DNA of 63,214 nucleotides, filler included, from Choristocarpus tenellus KU-1152 (taxonomy: Eukaryota > Protista > Phaeophyceae), in assembly GCA_964200185.2 (NCBI GenBank). It is 9 parts of 9 records of this genome, joined end to end, with 100 filler letters (N's around TTAATTAATTAA, not from the genome) between each part and the next. Parts side by side here need not be neighbours in the genome. Positions count along the whole stretch, not along the records: positions 37,901 to 41,193 come from CAXNAD020020981.1; positions 41,294 to 49,287 come from CAXNAD020005289.1; positions 49,388 to 53,231 come from CAXNAD020017612.1; 6 more parts are not named here. One strand, written 5' to 3'. Position numbers and translations under genes: made by a program. This document shows, piece after piece, positions 38,974 through 51,973 of the stretch. Each line of letters starts with the position of its first letter. The first letter of the stretch is position 1. The notes below the pieces were generated by a model, which did not search any database, had not been told where the DNA came from, and saw nothing but the letters and a program-made list of their open reading frames with translations.

Positions 38974-39328
38974 TCATATCATTTTTGCCATACTTCATCA
39001 TATGACAAAGAATGGCAAAAGTTGCGGCAGTCCATATACCAACTTATTTCAAACCACACACCTCATGTCTTTTTGCCATGCTTTACCGCACGACATAGTA
39101 TGGCAAGAGTTGCGACTGTCCACATACCAAATTATATGAAGCCACACGCATCATGTCATTTTTGCCGAACTTTGTCCTACGACAAGGTGTGGCCAAAGTT
39201 GAGGCGGTCCAAATACCAACTGTTTTCAGGCCACAAGCTCCATGTCATTTCTGCGATACTTTACAGTACGACAAAGTATGGCAAACGTTGAGGCTGTCCA
39301 CATACCAACCTCTTTGAAGCCACACGCC
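38974..39328. repeat. Tandem array of four 88-89-bp units, each containing a 38-bp imperfect palindrome
   Basis: Units start at 38974, 39063, 39151 and 39240; palindrome consensus is close to TTTTGCCATACTTTGTCGT|ACGACAAAGTATGGCAAAA. Confidence 0.9.
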
Positions 39329-41193
39329 TCCAAATCATCGTCCGCGACTTCCCAAAAAACTCAATCGCAATCTCATATCCCCTATAGAGAAAGGGGAGCA
39401 TACAAATGATATGTGCATGCGAGGATATGTGCTGACCCGACATCACATGAAACGTTCAGTATCCCTTCCACCACAAAGCCATCCTAACCAATAGTTTACC
39501 GTTTGACAGAACACGCGTCAATTGTAGTAAATACATACGCAAATATTGTCTGGGGTAACACCCACCACGCATTTGTCAACTGTTTCCCAAAAAAAAATAT
39601 CAGATCGAAACACACACTTCTACCGTTCAAAAACTACCCCAATTCACTTCGTCCTTACGTGCTTCATGGTATGTATTCATAACCTTTTTGATGTGGCTCA
39701 CGATTGACCGCATACGTGATGTATACCTTTTCAGGATATTCTAATCAGGGCAGTTTCGGTTCTCGATGTATCAAACACACCCTTCTCCATGCTTTCAACG
39801 TGAGGTGTCATCCAACACGGACGTACTCCGTGGAACACTTCGTGACCAAACATTGTGCAAGCCCCTTCCCCCAAACAAAGATGCAGTATTATCTATGTTC
39901 GCATCATGAAGATCGATCACTAACGTCAAAGGGAACCCAAATCCACCCAACTCATATCGCCTCATTTGGTTCCTACTCAGGAAACTAGGACTAAAGAGAC
40001 TGCCCAAGACCAGAGCTACCCACTCGTGGAAGAAATGCAAAACGGACCAGATCATGGACCTCTTCCTCTCCATGTTTGTCAACCACGATGGTCCAGAAGA
40101 GATGGAAGGAAGCGGCCGCACTTGGAACAACCTTGCCTCTTGGTTGTTGGATGAGAAAGGCAGATTTGCACCATTGGCGAGCTCCCTGCGAGTTCTGCTG
40201 GCTCAGGAATAACAATGAGAGTCCACGCCTGATCTCCAGGTCAAGACATTCCTAGAATGTGTAAAGAAAGATCTTAGCACCGAGCACACCCGCCAGGTAT
40301 ACAAATCCATCCTCGTCAGCATCACTCCTGAGGTTGAAATAGGCGATGACGGGGTGACATCGACGTTTCAACCCCTTCTGTCCGTCACAGCAAGAAAATT
40401 CAACATCAACGTCAACACACTAAGGTCATCCGCCAAAGAAACGCACGGAATTCATGCGAGACATGCGGTGACGGATGAGCCCCTCCGCATCGGCTGCCAA
40501 TGACGCTGGAGGGTCGTCTCCCGTATCCGATACCCACGCCCCTCACTGCTCTCCTCAAGGCACCACCCAGAGGTATGGAAGTTCGTTCTCATCAACCATC
40601 AACGGTGTGACACACACAACTTGGCCCCCGGGCGACCATGTCCACTGTATGTTGAAGAACAATTTCGTCACTAACAGATGCTCAGATGATCCCTCATATC
40701 CTTGTGTGCAACTGACACACGCCCCACATCTCCCATCGCTACCTCAGACAAAACGGCAGATCAAGGGTATTCAACGTGGGAAGGGACAGCTCCTCGTAAC
40801 AGCTCAATGTGCAGCATCCTGATACACATGTTCTTGGTATCACCGTATGGGAGAGTAACAGCACCACCATACTCCACGATCCAGTTACACCTCATGATTC
40901 CACTCAGGGCATGCACTGCTTAGACCCGCATATGAACAAGAGAGTTTGCCGCCTGGATGCACTGTGCCAACAGAACCCTCAGAGGTAGTCCACACTAGCG
41001 ACTGTCATCATCCTCACAAGTATTGCACATATCCACCCTCGATACTTTATGGATTAGTGATTATAACACGTTCATCCTGGACCAGCAAAACTTCAATATT
41101 ACACTACATATACATGGTGCAACCGACGTGACAACAGGTCACAGATTGGGACAGATGAGGATGTCTACGCCAACTTCAGGGAGAGATTCGAAC

Positions 41194-41293
41194 NNNNNNN
41201 NNNNNNNNNNNNNNNNNNNNNNNNNNNNNNNNNNNNNTTAATTAATTAANNNNNNNNNNNNNNNNNNNNNNNNNNNNNNNNNNNNNNNNNNNN
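41194..41293. other. Artificial contig-joining spacer
   Basis: Same 44N-TTAATTAATTAA-44N structure. Confidence 0.97.
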
Positions 41294-41683
41294 CAGAATC
41301 AGGTATATAGAGGTATATATGGTGCATGGTTTCAACACCCCCTTTGTCCTGCCGATATTGTTTTTGGAGTACGAAGTGCAACGCCCAAAAATGCACTTCA
41401 AGCCCTCATAAACCCTTACATTTTGCGAATTAAACCTGTAACACATTGATGCGTTCATGCAGTGAGTGATGTTTGTTTTTCACACAAAAATGGGTATTGA
41501 AGTTACACATAGCGGCCACTATGGATTCCTATCACATGTATTTTGTTTCACATGTGCTAATTTCCCACCACACCAGCTTCCCCTGGACGTTTTCTGGTCA
41601 AAAGTCATTATTATCATTGCTATCTACAGCAAGCTTCGATCTCATCCACAACATTCTTGGCTGAACCCACCCTCTCTCTCAAG

Positions 41684-44600
41684 ATGTTTGGAACACAACA
41701 TACTTACGTAAACCTGTGGGTGGTTCCAGGAGGGGAGATGTTTAGGACTAAGGCCCATAATGACAAAACCACAACAAGGGTTACTTGGAATGAATCCTTC
41801 ACACTTGATATAGTAGAGGTAAGTGTCAAAGAATACAATGTCTGTATTGATAGTCATTTCTCTAGGGTTAAGGTTAGAAGAGATATATCTATTTTGCGTT
41901 ATGTTGTCGGGACGACATGTGAAGCCGCGACTTGCTGAGCTTTCCATTTTGTAGATGACGTGCAAACCCTCCCCTATTACGCACATTATTTACAAGCTTC
42001 ATTAATTAAGTTTTTATTGTCAATCCGGGAAAATTCGTCTTGTTAAGTAGACGTGAGGTTGGTCCCTACGACTTACGGGAGACTACCAAACTTCTATTTG
42101 AAGATGGACACTTTTTTGTGATTGGGGAATACATATGGTAATAATATCCTAATACTGCTATAATAGTCATACAGCTGCAGAGGTGTTTCCCTCTAGGCGG
42201 TAAGTGTGCCTAGAGAGTCCCTAGTAGGAGGGCACACTTGCCTCGCTCCAATATCCTCCTGTTACTGATAATCACATGCCAGGTTCCAACAATTATTGTT
42301 GTGTTTGTGCTTGACAAATATGGAATGGTACTTCATAACTCAAGGATATAGTCAAGGTAGCGTCAATAACAAGAACCTCTGGTACCCACACCACAGCTCT
42401 ACCCTTCCCTCTTGTCCTGTGCTGATCGCAGAATATATACTAGAATACACAATCAGTAGACATCCTCATTTGATATATTTAACACAAACACAATAGGCAC
42501 AGTAGTGGGTAATATTTTCATCCCCCCTCCACCCCTTCCTTACCCACATATGACATATTAGTCCAGCTCATTCCTGTGCAATGATAACCCCCCAGGACAT
42601 CAATTTCAACACTCACCACCTGATGATTGAGGTCAAGAATAGGAATACCACTGGCACCAAGACCATCGGAGTGACCAAGATTCCAATCAGGTGAGAGAGT
42701 GCATAAGGAGGGAGGCCCGAGAAGATCTGTGCTTGTTGTGTCCCTCTAACCGCAATATGTGTGGAAGAGGTAGCGGGGAGTACGATCAATGTGACCAAGA
42801 AATCACGCATCATCCCAGAATCGGTAAGGTGGCAAGACTATGCGTTGGATGCAAACTCCTGCCTGCCCAAGTGACATAGTTAAGCACTACTACCCCCTGA
42901 TTTTGTTTTTGTGAAAATACACTGCTTTGGGAAGGTAACTCTTAGAGCGGTGCCAGGAGTGATGTCTCAACTTTTATCTAATATTTCGAAGTAATATCTT
43001 CTAGCTTTGTTGGCTTTAAATTAGGCAACTAGTGTTTCCTGCGGAGTAATCTTTGGGACAGAAGTTCTTGTTGGGGTTTGTGAGAGACAAGTGGTTTTCT
43101 CTGTGTACCTATTCTTTTGATTTGATAAACTCATGCTTCGATTGGAACAAAACTATACATAGAAAGGATTTTGAGTGTCAAAGTGAGCCTACTGGATAGG
43201 ATCAATGTAATTCCAATACATGTCGCACTACTGCATACAGTGCAAAAACGTGTGTTCCCTTCAAATGAGCCGCAATAATATTTATTCTTCAATAATGCCA
43301 TCCCCATATGTCGTCGCTCGTCCCTCTCCCCTTCCCACCCTCCTCCTTTGATCCTATTATTGAATGCTACCCGTACGTCATGACTCAGTTGCTTCGGAAA
43401 CAAGCCTAGGGATCAGTGGTACTCCCTCTACGACCACAGAGGACAGCCAGCAGGGGAGATTAACGTGGAGGGAAGTGTCATTGGGAGTCTTTCTGATGAT
43501 AAGACTCGGCAAGAGCTTGGAGAGAGTAGGCAAAGGTGAGAATTCGACCTCAACATCGTAACTACTGATTGGGTGAGAGTGAATGTGGGGGTGAGGGTGT
43601 AGGTAAGTAAGGTATAACGGCCATGGCTATTCAAAACGACGAAGGGAGGGATATATAAGGGGGAGGGGGAGGTGCCTGATGCAGTGGGCTTCCACACAAT
43701 GCTCACGGATTCCAGAAAATCTACTGCTTTGATATTTGTCATTTGAGATACCGGTGATGCATGATACGAATGTGCAGCACAGGAAACAGCACATAACACC
43801 TATGTGGATACCATTTGGTGCTCTCAAGAGCCTAGTCTCCTACAATAGAACAAAAAATAGCTATGAGACCGCATCATGGTCGAGGTGACGGGCTTTGTTA
43901 CACGTTTGCCCTCCCCTTCTCCAACTTTAAATATCTTCTCCACAGATTTACTTACTCAATTAAATAACTTCCTTCAAATATTGCTCGGTAGGATTTAGCT
44001 TCTGCCGGTATCACATTTTTTCTGGAATTCATTGTCTGTCCCTCATGTCTTTCCGATGTGACCCATCCTCCTCACAAATATGTGATGATGCTATGCTGCC
44101 CTGTTTCAATGGGCATCAATGACTCCGTCAAACTGCCACGGGTTCCTACTGCTGAAGGGCGCAGTTGGACAGTGAGGTATTCAATGGTGGGGCAAGCGTA
44201 TCATCGACAGGAGGCAGTCTGTTCTCCCATAAGAAAGTGAGGTTTCAACTTCCAGAGGTAGGTGAAGGTTAGACGAAGAGAATGCACTATGATCAGTGTT
44301 TTTACTTGCGTCCAGGGTTTCTGTATCTAACCTTTTCTTGCAATTGTACCCCATATGTTTTGATTCCACAAGATGGTTTCGTTCTGAGGCTTACTCATTT
44401 ATCCTGTGCCTGTCTTGCTTTAAGTATCCAAGACTCAATATGCAGTATCATACAGAATTAATATACATGAGGGTACATACTTCAAATACAAAGGTTTGAT
44501 ATCTACCCTCCAATACTACGCTGGCTGAAGATCTTGGTAGGACGATCATTTCCGAAAGGAGCTTGCTTTAAAGCAGTTGTTGGTTTGTCTTTTGTTGAGC

Positions 44601-46646
44601 CCGTTGCAGGAGTGTTGCGCACACAGCGTGTGCATGCTCCCCTATACTCCATGAGATGAGTAGCAGCGATTATAGAGAAGGAAGTGGGTAGCGATGCCCT
44701 GAGAGCCCAACAGACTAGATTATACTGGTGAGTTGAGACTTGGCCAAGTTGTATTTGGGAATGTATCAGCAGGACATGAAGCAATCAAAGGTCTATAGAC
44801 AAGATACACAAGGGAGAACTAGCATAGCAATGCTCAGTGAAACTAGGGACAATGGCAGCCAATTCTTCGTTCGCCTGCCATTCATTTAATAACCACTTTG
44901 TTATTTTACCAGGTCAGCTCAGTGCAATCGCTCTGTTTGGTCCTGCTTGCGACAAGCCTACAATGATCCCTCTAAGGTTCGGAAGTGTACATAATTGTTT
45001 TCAATTATCACGACTTGAATAGCAAATACGCTCGTAGTATGACCAATATAATCAATAGTGCATCTGATTACCGCCTAACTATGGTCTACTCCGGTAGTGG
45101 AATGTGTACTCTGAAGTACTAGCATCTATTTAATTTAGCACAATGAGTCTCCTGTGTGTCAATGATAATGATACCCCCCAGTTATGTAAGGAGGAAAGCA
45201 ACTGCACATTATTATACAACGTGGATATACAGTATTCTCTTCTGCTCTTTTCTTGGTAAGGGTTCTCGATAAGATTCAAAATATCTGGGGGGTGGTGGCT
45301 GCTGTCCATTTGGGGCAATTTTTTCTTGTCGCGGTTTTTGAGTGATTTGGTTGCATACGTTGAATGGATAATGTAAGTGCACTTTTCCTGGTTTTGGGCC
45401 AAAATGACACCCTGGTGTAGACCGCCCCCGCCCCCCACACACAAGATACTTTGGGCCTAAAGCACCTGTAAGAAAAAATAAATTGTTGAGCTGGTGGTTA
45501 CAGGTTGGGCAACGTGGGATATTGAAAATCAATGATCGACTCAGAATGCCTTTGCGTCAGCAGAGGCAGCGTCTGTAATGGTCTAAAGTTGGATACTACA
45601 ACAGCCTAACATGGAATAAGAGCGAGTTCATATGGTATTTCATGGCCTCTACGGTATCCCATAACCACACTATCTTTTTCCCCCGTTTCTACTGATATAG
45701 TCTATGGGAAGCAGTAATCACACTTTACACAGTTCTTCTGAGGAGAGTCACCTCACATAGTTATACTTTCCTCTCGCTTGTGTCAATGAGCAAGGGAAAG
45801 ACATCGCAATATTTTAATATTCCTGTGTTACTCTGGGCTTTTGTCCCCCCTCGATTCCATGCTGTTGCCTTTTCTGCCTTTATTTGTCTGCTGCAATGTA
45901 GGTGCGTTCACATAGTGCTGAGATTCAACACAACCCAAAGCCTATGGTGGATGTTCCAAATAGTGCTGAGAAACAACACAATCCAGAGCCTGTTGTGTTG
46001 GGTGTTCCCCGTCCTCCTTTATTTGCACCACCAGCATCACACCAGGTGCAGTGAGTGATAGCACAGTTGTTGTTGCATGTACAAATAATACTTCCTGCGG
46101 TACACACCAGGTCCCCAGGAAATATTAGAAGGGAAAGGGTCTTTAATGTAAACAATTGATACTATGGTTTTGTATTTGTCGTGTTTGTTGTATTTTCCGC
46201 TTCGTGCATCGCTTCCTGTCCACTCCATGACAATGTCTACCTCCTACACCTGCAAAACGTTAGTTGGTATATATTAGGGCAGGTCAAAAGTGTAAGAGCT
46301 GCCTCATTGTATGCTTTTTTCAAGGTCAGTCATGCTGCCTCTGTTAAAGTGGATACGCAAGCCTCAGATATCGCAATAGGTGACATAACAAGAGGTGACC
46401 ATCCTTGCTTGCGATTGTACAGACAAGACTGACAATGTTTGTTTCGTCACAAACGCAGAGGGCATAAGCACTGTGAATACAGAAAAATATTTTTGTAACT
46501 CTTTTCATAAGGGTAGTCGAAAATACGCATACTCTGAAGTACTCTAGAGCCCGTTGCTTGGCTTGTATCATGTTCAGTTGATCGTATAACCTAATGACCT
46601 TAGTGAAACGTCCGGGCATCACTCACTCATGTAGTGTCTTCTGTCG

Positions 46647-46682
<36 letters not shown>

Positions 46683-47159
46683 TTGTCTGGCTTGACTTGA
46701 CCCGAGAATTTGACTTTCCACCATGAATGCGCTTCATCGAATGTCCTGTACTCTTTATTTATTACTTCAGAATACTTCATATTTGTTACTGTTGACAATA
46801 GCAAAGTCATTTTATTTGACCCTTTTTTTTCTTTTTCATGTTTGCACACACCCCAGTTTAGGGGAATGTATCCCGTATACAACGGAGTGATGCCTGGCAT
46901 GTACAGACCTTTGCATCCTGTGCCTGGCAGTCTCGGTATGTTCCCACCCATGTATGGTTATTCAATTAATCCATTTATGGGTAGTTACTACCCACTGCAT
47001 CCTATGGTGGGTGCCCACTACCCCATGGATCCTATGATGACTGCTTACATCCCCAGCATGGAACTCAATGCCCCGGGCTTTGTCGCACCCCCAGGGACAC
47101 AGAATCTGCTGCACCAACTCCAGGAGGTTTGGAAGCACAACAAGTCCAGGAAACATTGA
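41684..47159 (+). CDS. C2-domain protein with Pro/Met/Tyr-rich C-terminal region; partial, multi-exon
   Basis: Phase-consistent GT-AG exons 41684-41818, 42596-42690, 43389-43535 and 44158-44236 give MFGTQHTYVNLWVVPGGEMFRTKAHNDKTTTRVTWNESFTLDIVE|DINFNTHHLMIEVKNRNTTGTKTIGVTKIPIS|CFGNKPRDQWYSLYDHRGQPAGEINVE, a C2 pattern. Probable later exons are 45902-46045 and 46857-47126/47159 (GMYPVYNGVMPGMY...); their linkage to the C2 exons is less certain. Confidence 0.75.
45273..45457 (-). mobile_element. MITE family A, apparently complete 185-bp copy (Tourist/PIF-Harbinger-like)
   Basis: Imperfect terminal inverted repeats (gattcaaaatatct...agatactttgggcc) flanked by TAA on both sides (45270-45272 and 45458-45460); non-coding; related sequences elsewhere in the window. 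Confidence 0.7.
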
Positions 47160-49176
47160 CTTGACTGCCCCATATAGAATTGATTGCTGACAGTGAAGTT
47201 GATATTATGAGAATCTCAACTCCTCCACGCCTCATATCACTCATGCATGTTTCGTACGTGCCCCACATATTTATCACATCCTGCAAAGAGTGAATGGGTG
47301 GATGAAGTGGGTGAGAACCTTTGGAAGGTCAGCAATCACTAGGAAGTATTTCCTACGACAAAGGGTGTGACATGCAGGAAAATGCCTATATCCCTCCTGC
47401 TTGCCTGTTGCAACTTAGATCGTGTAAATAGGGTTTTGAAGGCAGGGATGTAGAACTCGACTGAAGGTGGCCATATACTATACGTCACAGTAGTTACACT
47501 CCGGACAATTAATTCCTGAAGCTGCTACAGTGTACGTATGGTATAATATCGCTTTCTGTCATTCATTGTCCACAGGTTGCTGCAGGAAGGAAAATCTTTC
47601 CAAAAGTTGGGTCGATGGATGTAGTGCAGTGGCCTTGTAGATAGATACACAGGGCAGGGGGTTGGTTGAATAGAGAATTGTGGGCACAAAATCTGTAAAA
47701 AAAAAGTCTTCAAGTTGAGAATAGGCAGGAAGATTATTTAGCCGGAATTTTCTATATTTGTGGAGGAAAAGCAAGCAGTAACGAGATTCAGGTTCATACC
47801 TACGACCGAAACTGTCTGGTGGATAATTGCATGATTGTATATATATGAGTGTGTATATTATTAATTTTTCCCGACATGTTCCTACTCCAGAGTAGTACAA
47901 AAAGCGTGAAAATGTTGGCCTTTGTAGGTAGTGCCAGACTGTACCTGCCGTAAGATGCGAAAAGAGGAAAATACAAGGGGATCGAGCAAATGTTCTACCT
48001 GAAGAACGGAAGAGGCAGGAGATTTATTCAATGCGGATATTACATCTGAAAATAAGAGAAAAGAGCAGCATACTGGTTGTGCGTATAGGTTTACTATTTA
48101 CATTCAAAGAAATAGGTGGGAAATGGATCCATTTGAAAGTAAGTAACGGAATTACTCAGGGAAAAGTCATTGGACAGCTCGTTGTTAAACAGAAAACTGG
48201 TCGTAGGAAGCTGATGGAGATCCATTAGATGTAAGCTCTTCCGCCAAGGTCAGGATCGAGTAAACATCTTGTTCAAACTATTATGTCAGAACTCGTGTCA
48301 TAATACAATAAAAAGGTAGAACCTCATCTACTTATAGTCTTTAGCATATCCCTGAGTGAGTAAGACAGTCATTCTCACTAACCATGGAATGCGCCCGTAT
48401 ATGTATACACACATCCTGGCAGAGAGCCTGCTCCTTCACAGGAGAAGGTTGATAATGTTAATAAAAATGGCATCATACCGATGCCGTGTAAACTTAAAAA
48501 AATGTATACTTCAAACGATCTTCACGCAATATTTCTTGCTGATATTCTCTCTGTGCCTGACACCTGCTGACACAATGAGTGGCAAACAACGAGAAGACAG
48601 ATCCCTCGATGCTAAACGTGCCAATGATGGCCAAGTACTTTGTAGTAAAGCGAAACGCCAATTTATACACAAACACAGATAAAGAAAACCTGCTTCAATG
48701 GTGTGACTGGAATGTGGGCAAAATAATGATCGACAGTGAATCAAAGTAAAGGAGAGGTACCCAGAGTTGCATTTCAAGGATGCTCACAAATATGTGCAAG
48801 TTAGCTTAGTTTACAAAGGCGTATAGCATATTTCCTGAGTTGCGTCAAAAAGTTTGAGACAACAGATAAAATTTATTAAATGCTCTCCAGTCCAATTAAA
48901 ATTTTATCCATAGAAATAGAAATAATGGTGAATTGCAAAGGATTGAAAAACAGACACAAAAAGAAAAACGATCAAAACCTGGGTACGCCCTGTTTACTTT
49001 GACTCACTAATCTAAAAAGAAAAATCGAGGCCTCGTACATCACTAGTATCTACTGGTTTGTTTTTTTTTTAGGAAAATACTTGTCACCCACTGTCGCAGT
49101 AAAGTTTATTCTACTATTCATGTTCTGAGTGTTCGTTACGAACACTGCGTGAAGGCTTCTGAGTGAAATTATTTTA

Positions 49177-49287
49177 GAGGGTAGAGTCGCGTCCCGTTTG
49201 GGGTTAAAAATCCAATGTTCGGATTGTGATGTAAATGACCCAAAGTATCTGGGAGGGGGGGAGGGTCTACACCAGGGTGTCCATTTG
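49177..49287 (+). mobile_element. Family B left end (49177-49236) interrupted by a family A MITE (49237-49287)
   Basis: gagggtagagt...aaatccaatgttcggattgtgatgtaaat matches family B, then switches abruptly to gacccaaagtatct...tctacaccagggtgtccattt. Confidence 0.65.
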
Positions 49288-49387
49288 NNNNNNNNNNNNN
49301 NNNNNNNNNNNNNNNNNNNNNNNNNNNNNNNTTAATTAATTAANNNNNNNNNNNNNNNNNNNNNNNNNNNNNNNNNNNNNNNNNNNN
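49288..49387. other. Artificial contig-joining spacer
   Basis: Same 44N-TTAATTAATTAA-44N structure. Confidence 0.97.
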
Positions 49388-51454
49388 GGGGGGGGGGGAG
49401 GGGGGGGGGGGGGGGGGGGGGCAGCTTACTACTGTTGTTCGTGCAAAGCAATAAATACGCCTGCTCAGCATAGCACATGCGCTTGAGGATCTTCTGTTAC
49501 TTCTTAGATACCACAGAGGAAGGTTTCCTACCTACAGTCGAACCACACTTTATTGTACTACACACAGATGCAAACATACACACATACACACACACACACA
49601 ATACAAACAAAACAAACAAAACAAATGAATGGCCTTGAATAATATGACACCTTCCCCGTCTGTTGTGACGACACCTAAGGCAGATGACGGCGTTCCTGGG
49701 TATTGCCCTACACCAAACGAAAATGTGCTCATTTTGTCCTCTTGAAAAAAACTAAGCAAGGATACTATTGTTTTACCACAAGATGACAGCGGCACCATTA
49801 CTACTATACAATACAACCTTAACCCTAACCCCATCAATTTTTTTGAGGAGTGTTGTGGCAGTTATGATTCAAAACGTGGTGCAGAGATAAAAGAGCCTCG
49901 AAATACCCACAGAAGACAGCATCCATACCCTTTAAAATTTCACAATACTAATTGACACAACAGAGCATACTCTACTGTTTCCACACTGGAAAACAAAGAA
50001 GAAAAATGACAAATACGGATGGTACTGTTAATATGTGATCCGGATATCATTTTGCAAACGGCCTCAAGGGGGAGAAACAGGATGGAAGTAAACACAATAA
50101 ATCCAACTACTGAAAAAGGTATTGACAGCCTTGCCTGCATATACTACTGTAGCTTCTTCTGTTCTAGTAGGTACAGTACGTACGTTGTCTTCAAATAAAG
50201 GGCATTGGTGCCTTCCCATCTCCATCAATAACATGGGGGTATGATTAAATATTTCGGGGCCCCTATGACTGCCTCCTGGTACATGTACCCATAGCACTCT
50301 GAAGGGCAATTCTTATGATCACATGGACAAAATTTCTTCTCCTCTTCTTCAGCCACAGCTTTCTATGGGGCTGTGGCTAAGAAATTCGGGTGTGGGAAAT
50401 GGGGCTTGAGGCAGAAGATTCCAATAATCCTAACTACTCTGAAAGGGCATACGTAGACCCTTCCTCTAATATTGGAGGTCTCTAGGTCAGCTGCCAGCCA
50501 TGCATGTTACCACCAAGTACTGCACACATAAGGAGGAACAATTGCTACTATAGCTATCAGCATTAGTAGTAGTAGTGATAGCATAACTCTTCCCCCATGC
50601 ATTTGTTCTCCTAGAACACATCGAGCAGGGCTCTCTCTATATCAAGGAGTTGACTGGCTGTAGCACCAGGGAAGGAGATATAGAATGGATAAGAGTCAGG
50701 GGAAAGGCATGGTTGTCAAAGAAACTGATCATGGGGTGGTGTATTTGATATACAGTATTAGCGAGGATGTTCGTATGTATATTTGGGGTATACCTCATGA
50801 AGTAATAGCTAACCGTGGATCTCCCAATATCTGGTTCACTGAAATCACCATTTTTGTTTTGTATATTTTCTTCCCTGTGAAGCAAGGAACCATAAAACAA
50901 AACCGATACTTGCCCTAACCCTAAAGTAAAAAATAATGGTAAAAACGTTGTAGTGTGAATGCAGTTGTAGTACCTACCAACTATCAAGTCTGACACACAA
51001 TACTACTACTACTACCGTACTGTAGAGGAACCACACTTGTCACCAAAAAAAACCAATAATTTTGAAAAAAAAAAATGCTCCAGGGCTATGCCCGTAACGT
51101 TATTCCTGTTATTAGTGAACCGTGTTGTGATGATAAAGGTTAGGGTTATGCAACACAAACTTCCAAAAGATGTAAATGTGTATTTTGAAAAGTACGTATG
51201 CACGCAGTATCTGGTACTACGTAACACATCTGGAAAGTTATGGTGTGCTTCGTACTACCCTATTTAAGTACCTGATACTTCATACAACAGTAAAAAGAAA
51301 CCTTCTGTACCACCTGGTACTTGACACTGTACCCAGAGTACCTCACACCATACCTGGAAGTACATACTTCTGTGTACTATAGTATGTACAACAATAGCAG
51401 ACCAAGATACTGTACATGAAAGGAGGCCTAGGGGGCGTACAGGGCAAAACTCGC

Positions 51455-51930
51455 CTGGGGGTGACGTCCACCACCGCCTCCTTACCAAAGGCCATGATAT
51501 AGGACAGGCGTTTGTTCCAGCCTTTCTCGTACATGAGTGGACAGTCTAACTTATTCTCACAGGGGTCTGAATGCATCCAGCGGTTCTTGGCAGGGATCCA
51601 AATCTTGCTTGTTCGGAGAGGAACAAAATATACATATATACATATATATGTATATGTATATGTATATATAGAAAAGGGGAAAGAAGAATAAAACTAGTAA
51701 GACAGTAGCTGCTGATACTCATTTTTAGCCTGACGGGGAACATGAATGAATGGCATGCTCACTATATATACATATACGCGTAAGAAATTATACGCATCTT
51801 TTAACCTAAGTCTAGCTCTTACAAGATGCAATCCTTACTAAACGGATGACAAATTATTTGTCATCCTGCGTTAGGGTTAACAGGCATCGTTATGATTAAT
51901 AATCTCTACTGAAGAGTAAGTAAAACCACA

Positions 51931-51973
<43 letters not shown>

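Noticed and set aside
38974-39328. CRISPR-like appearance of regularly spaced palindromes
   Set aside because: Intervening sequences are homologous to each other rather than unique spacers; no cas genes; eukaryotic context.
51439-51453. 15-bp identity between the PNGase intron 5' end and the family B terminus (introner-like origin)
   Set aside because: A few 15-bp matches are expected by chance in a 63-kb self-comparison, and similarity does not extend.
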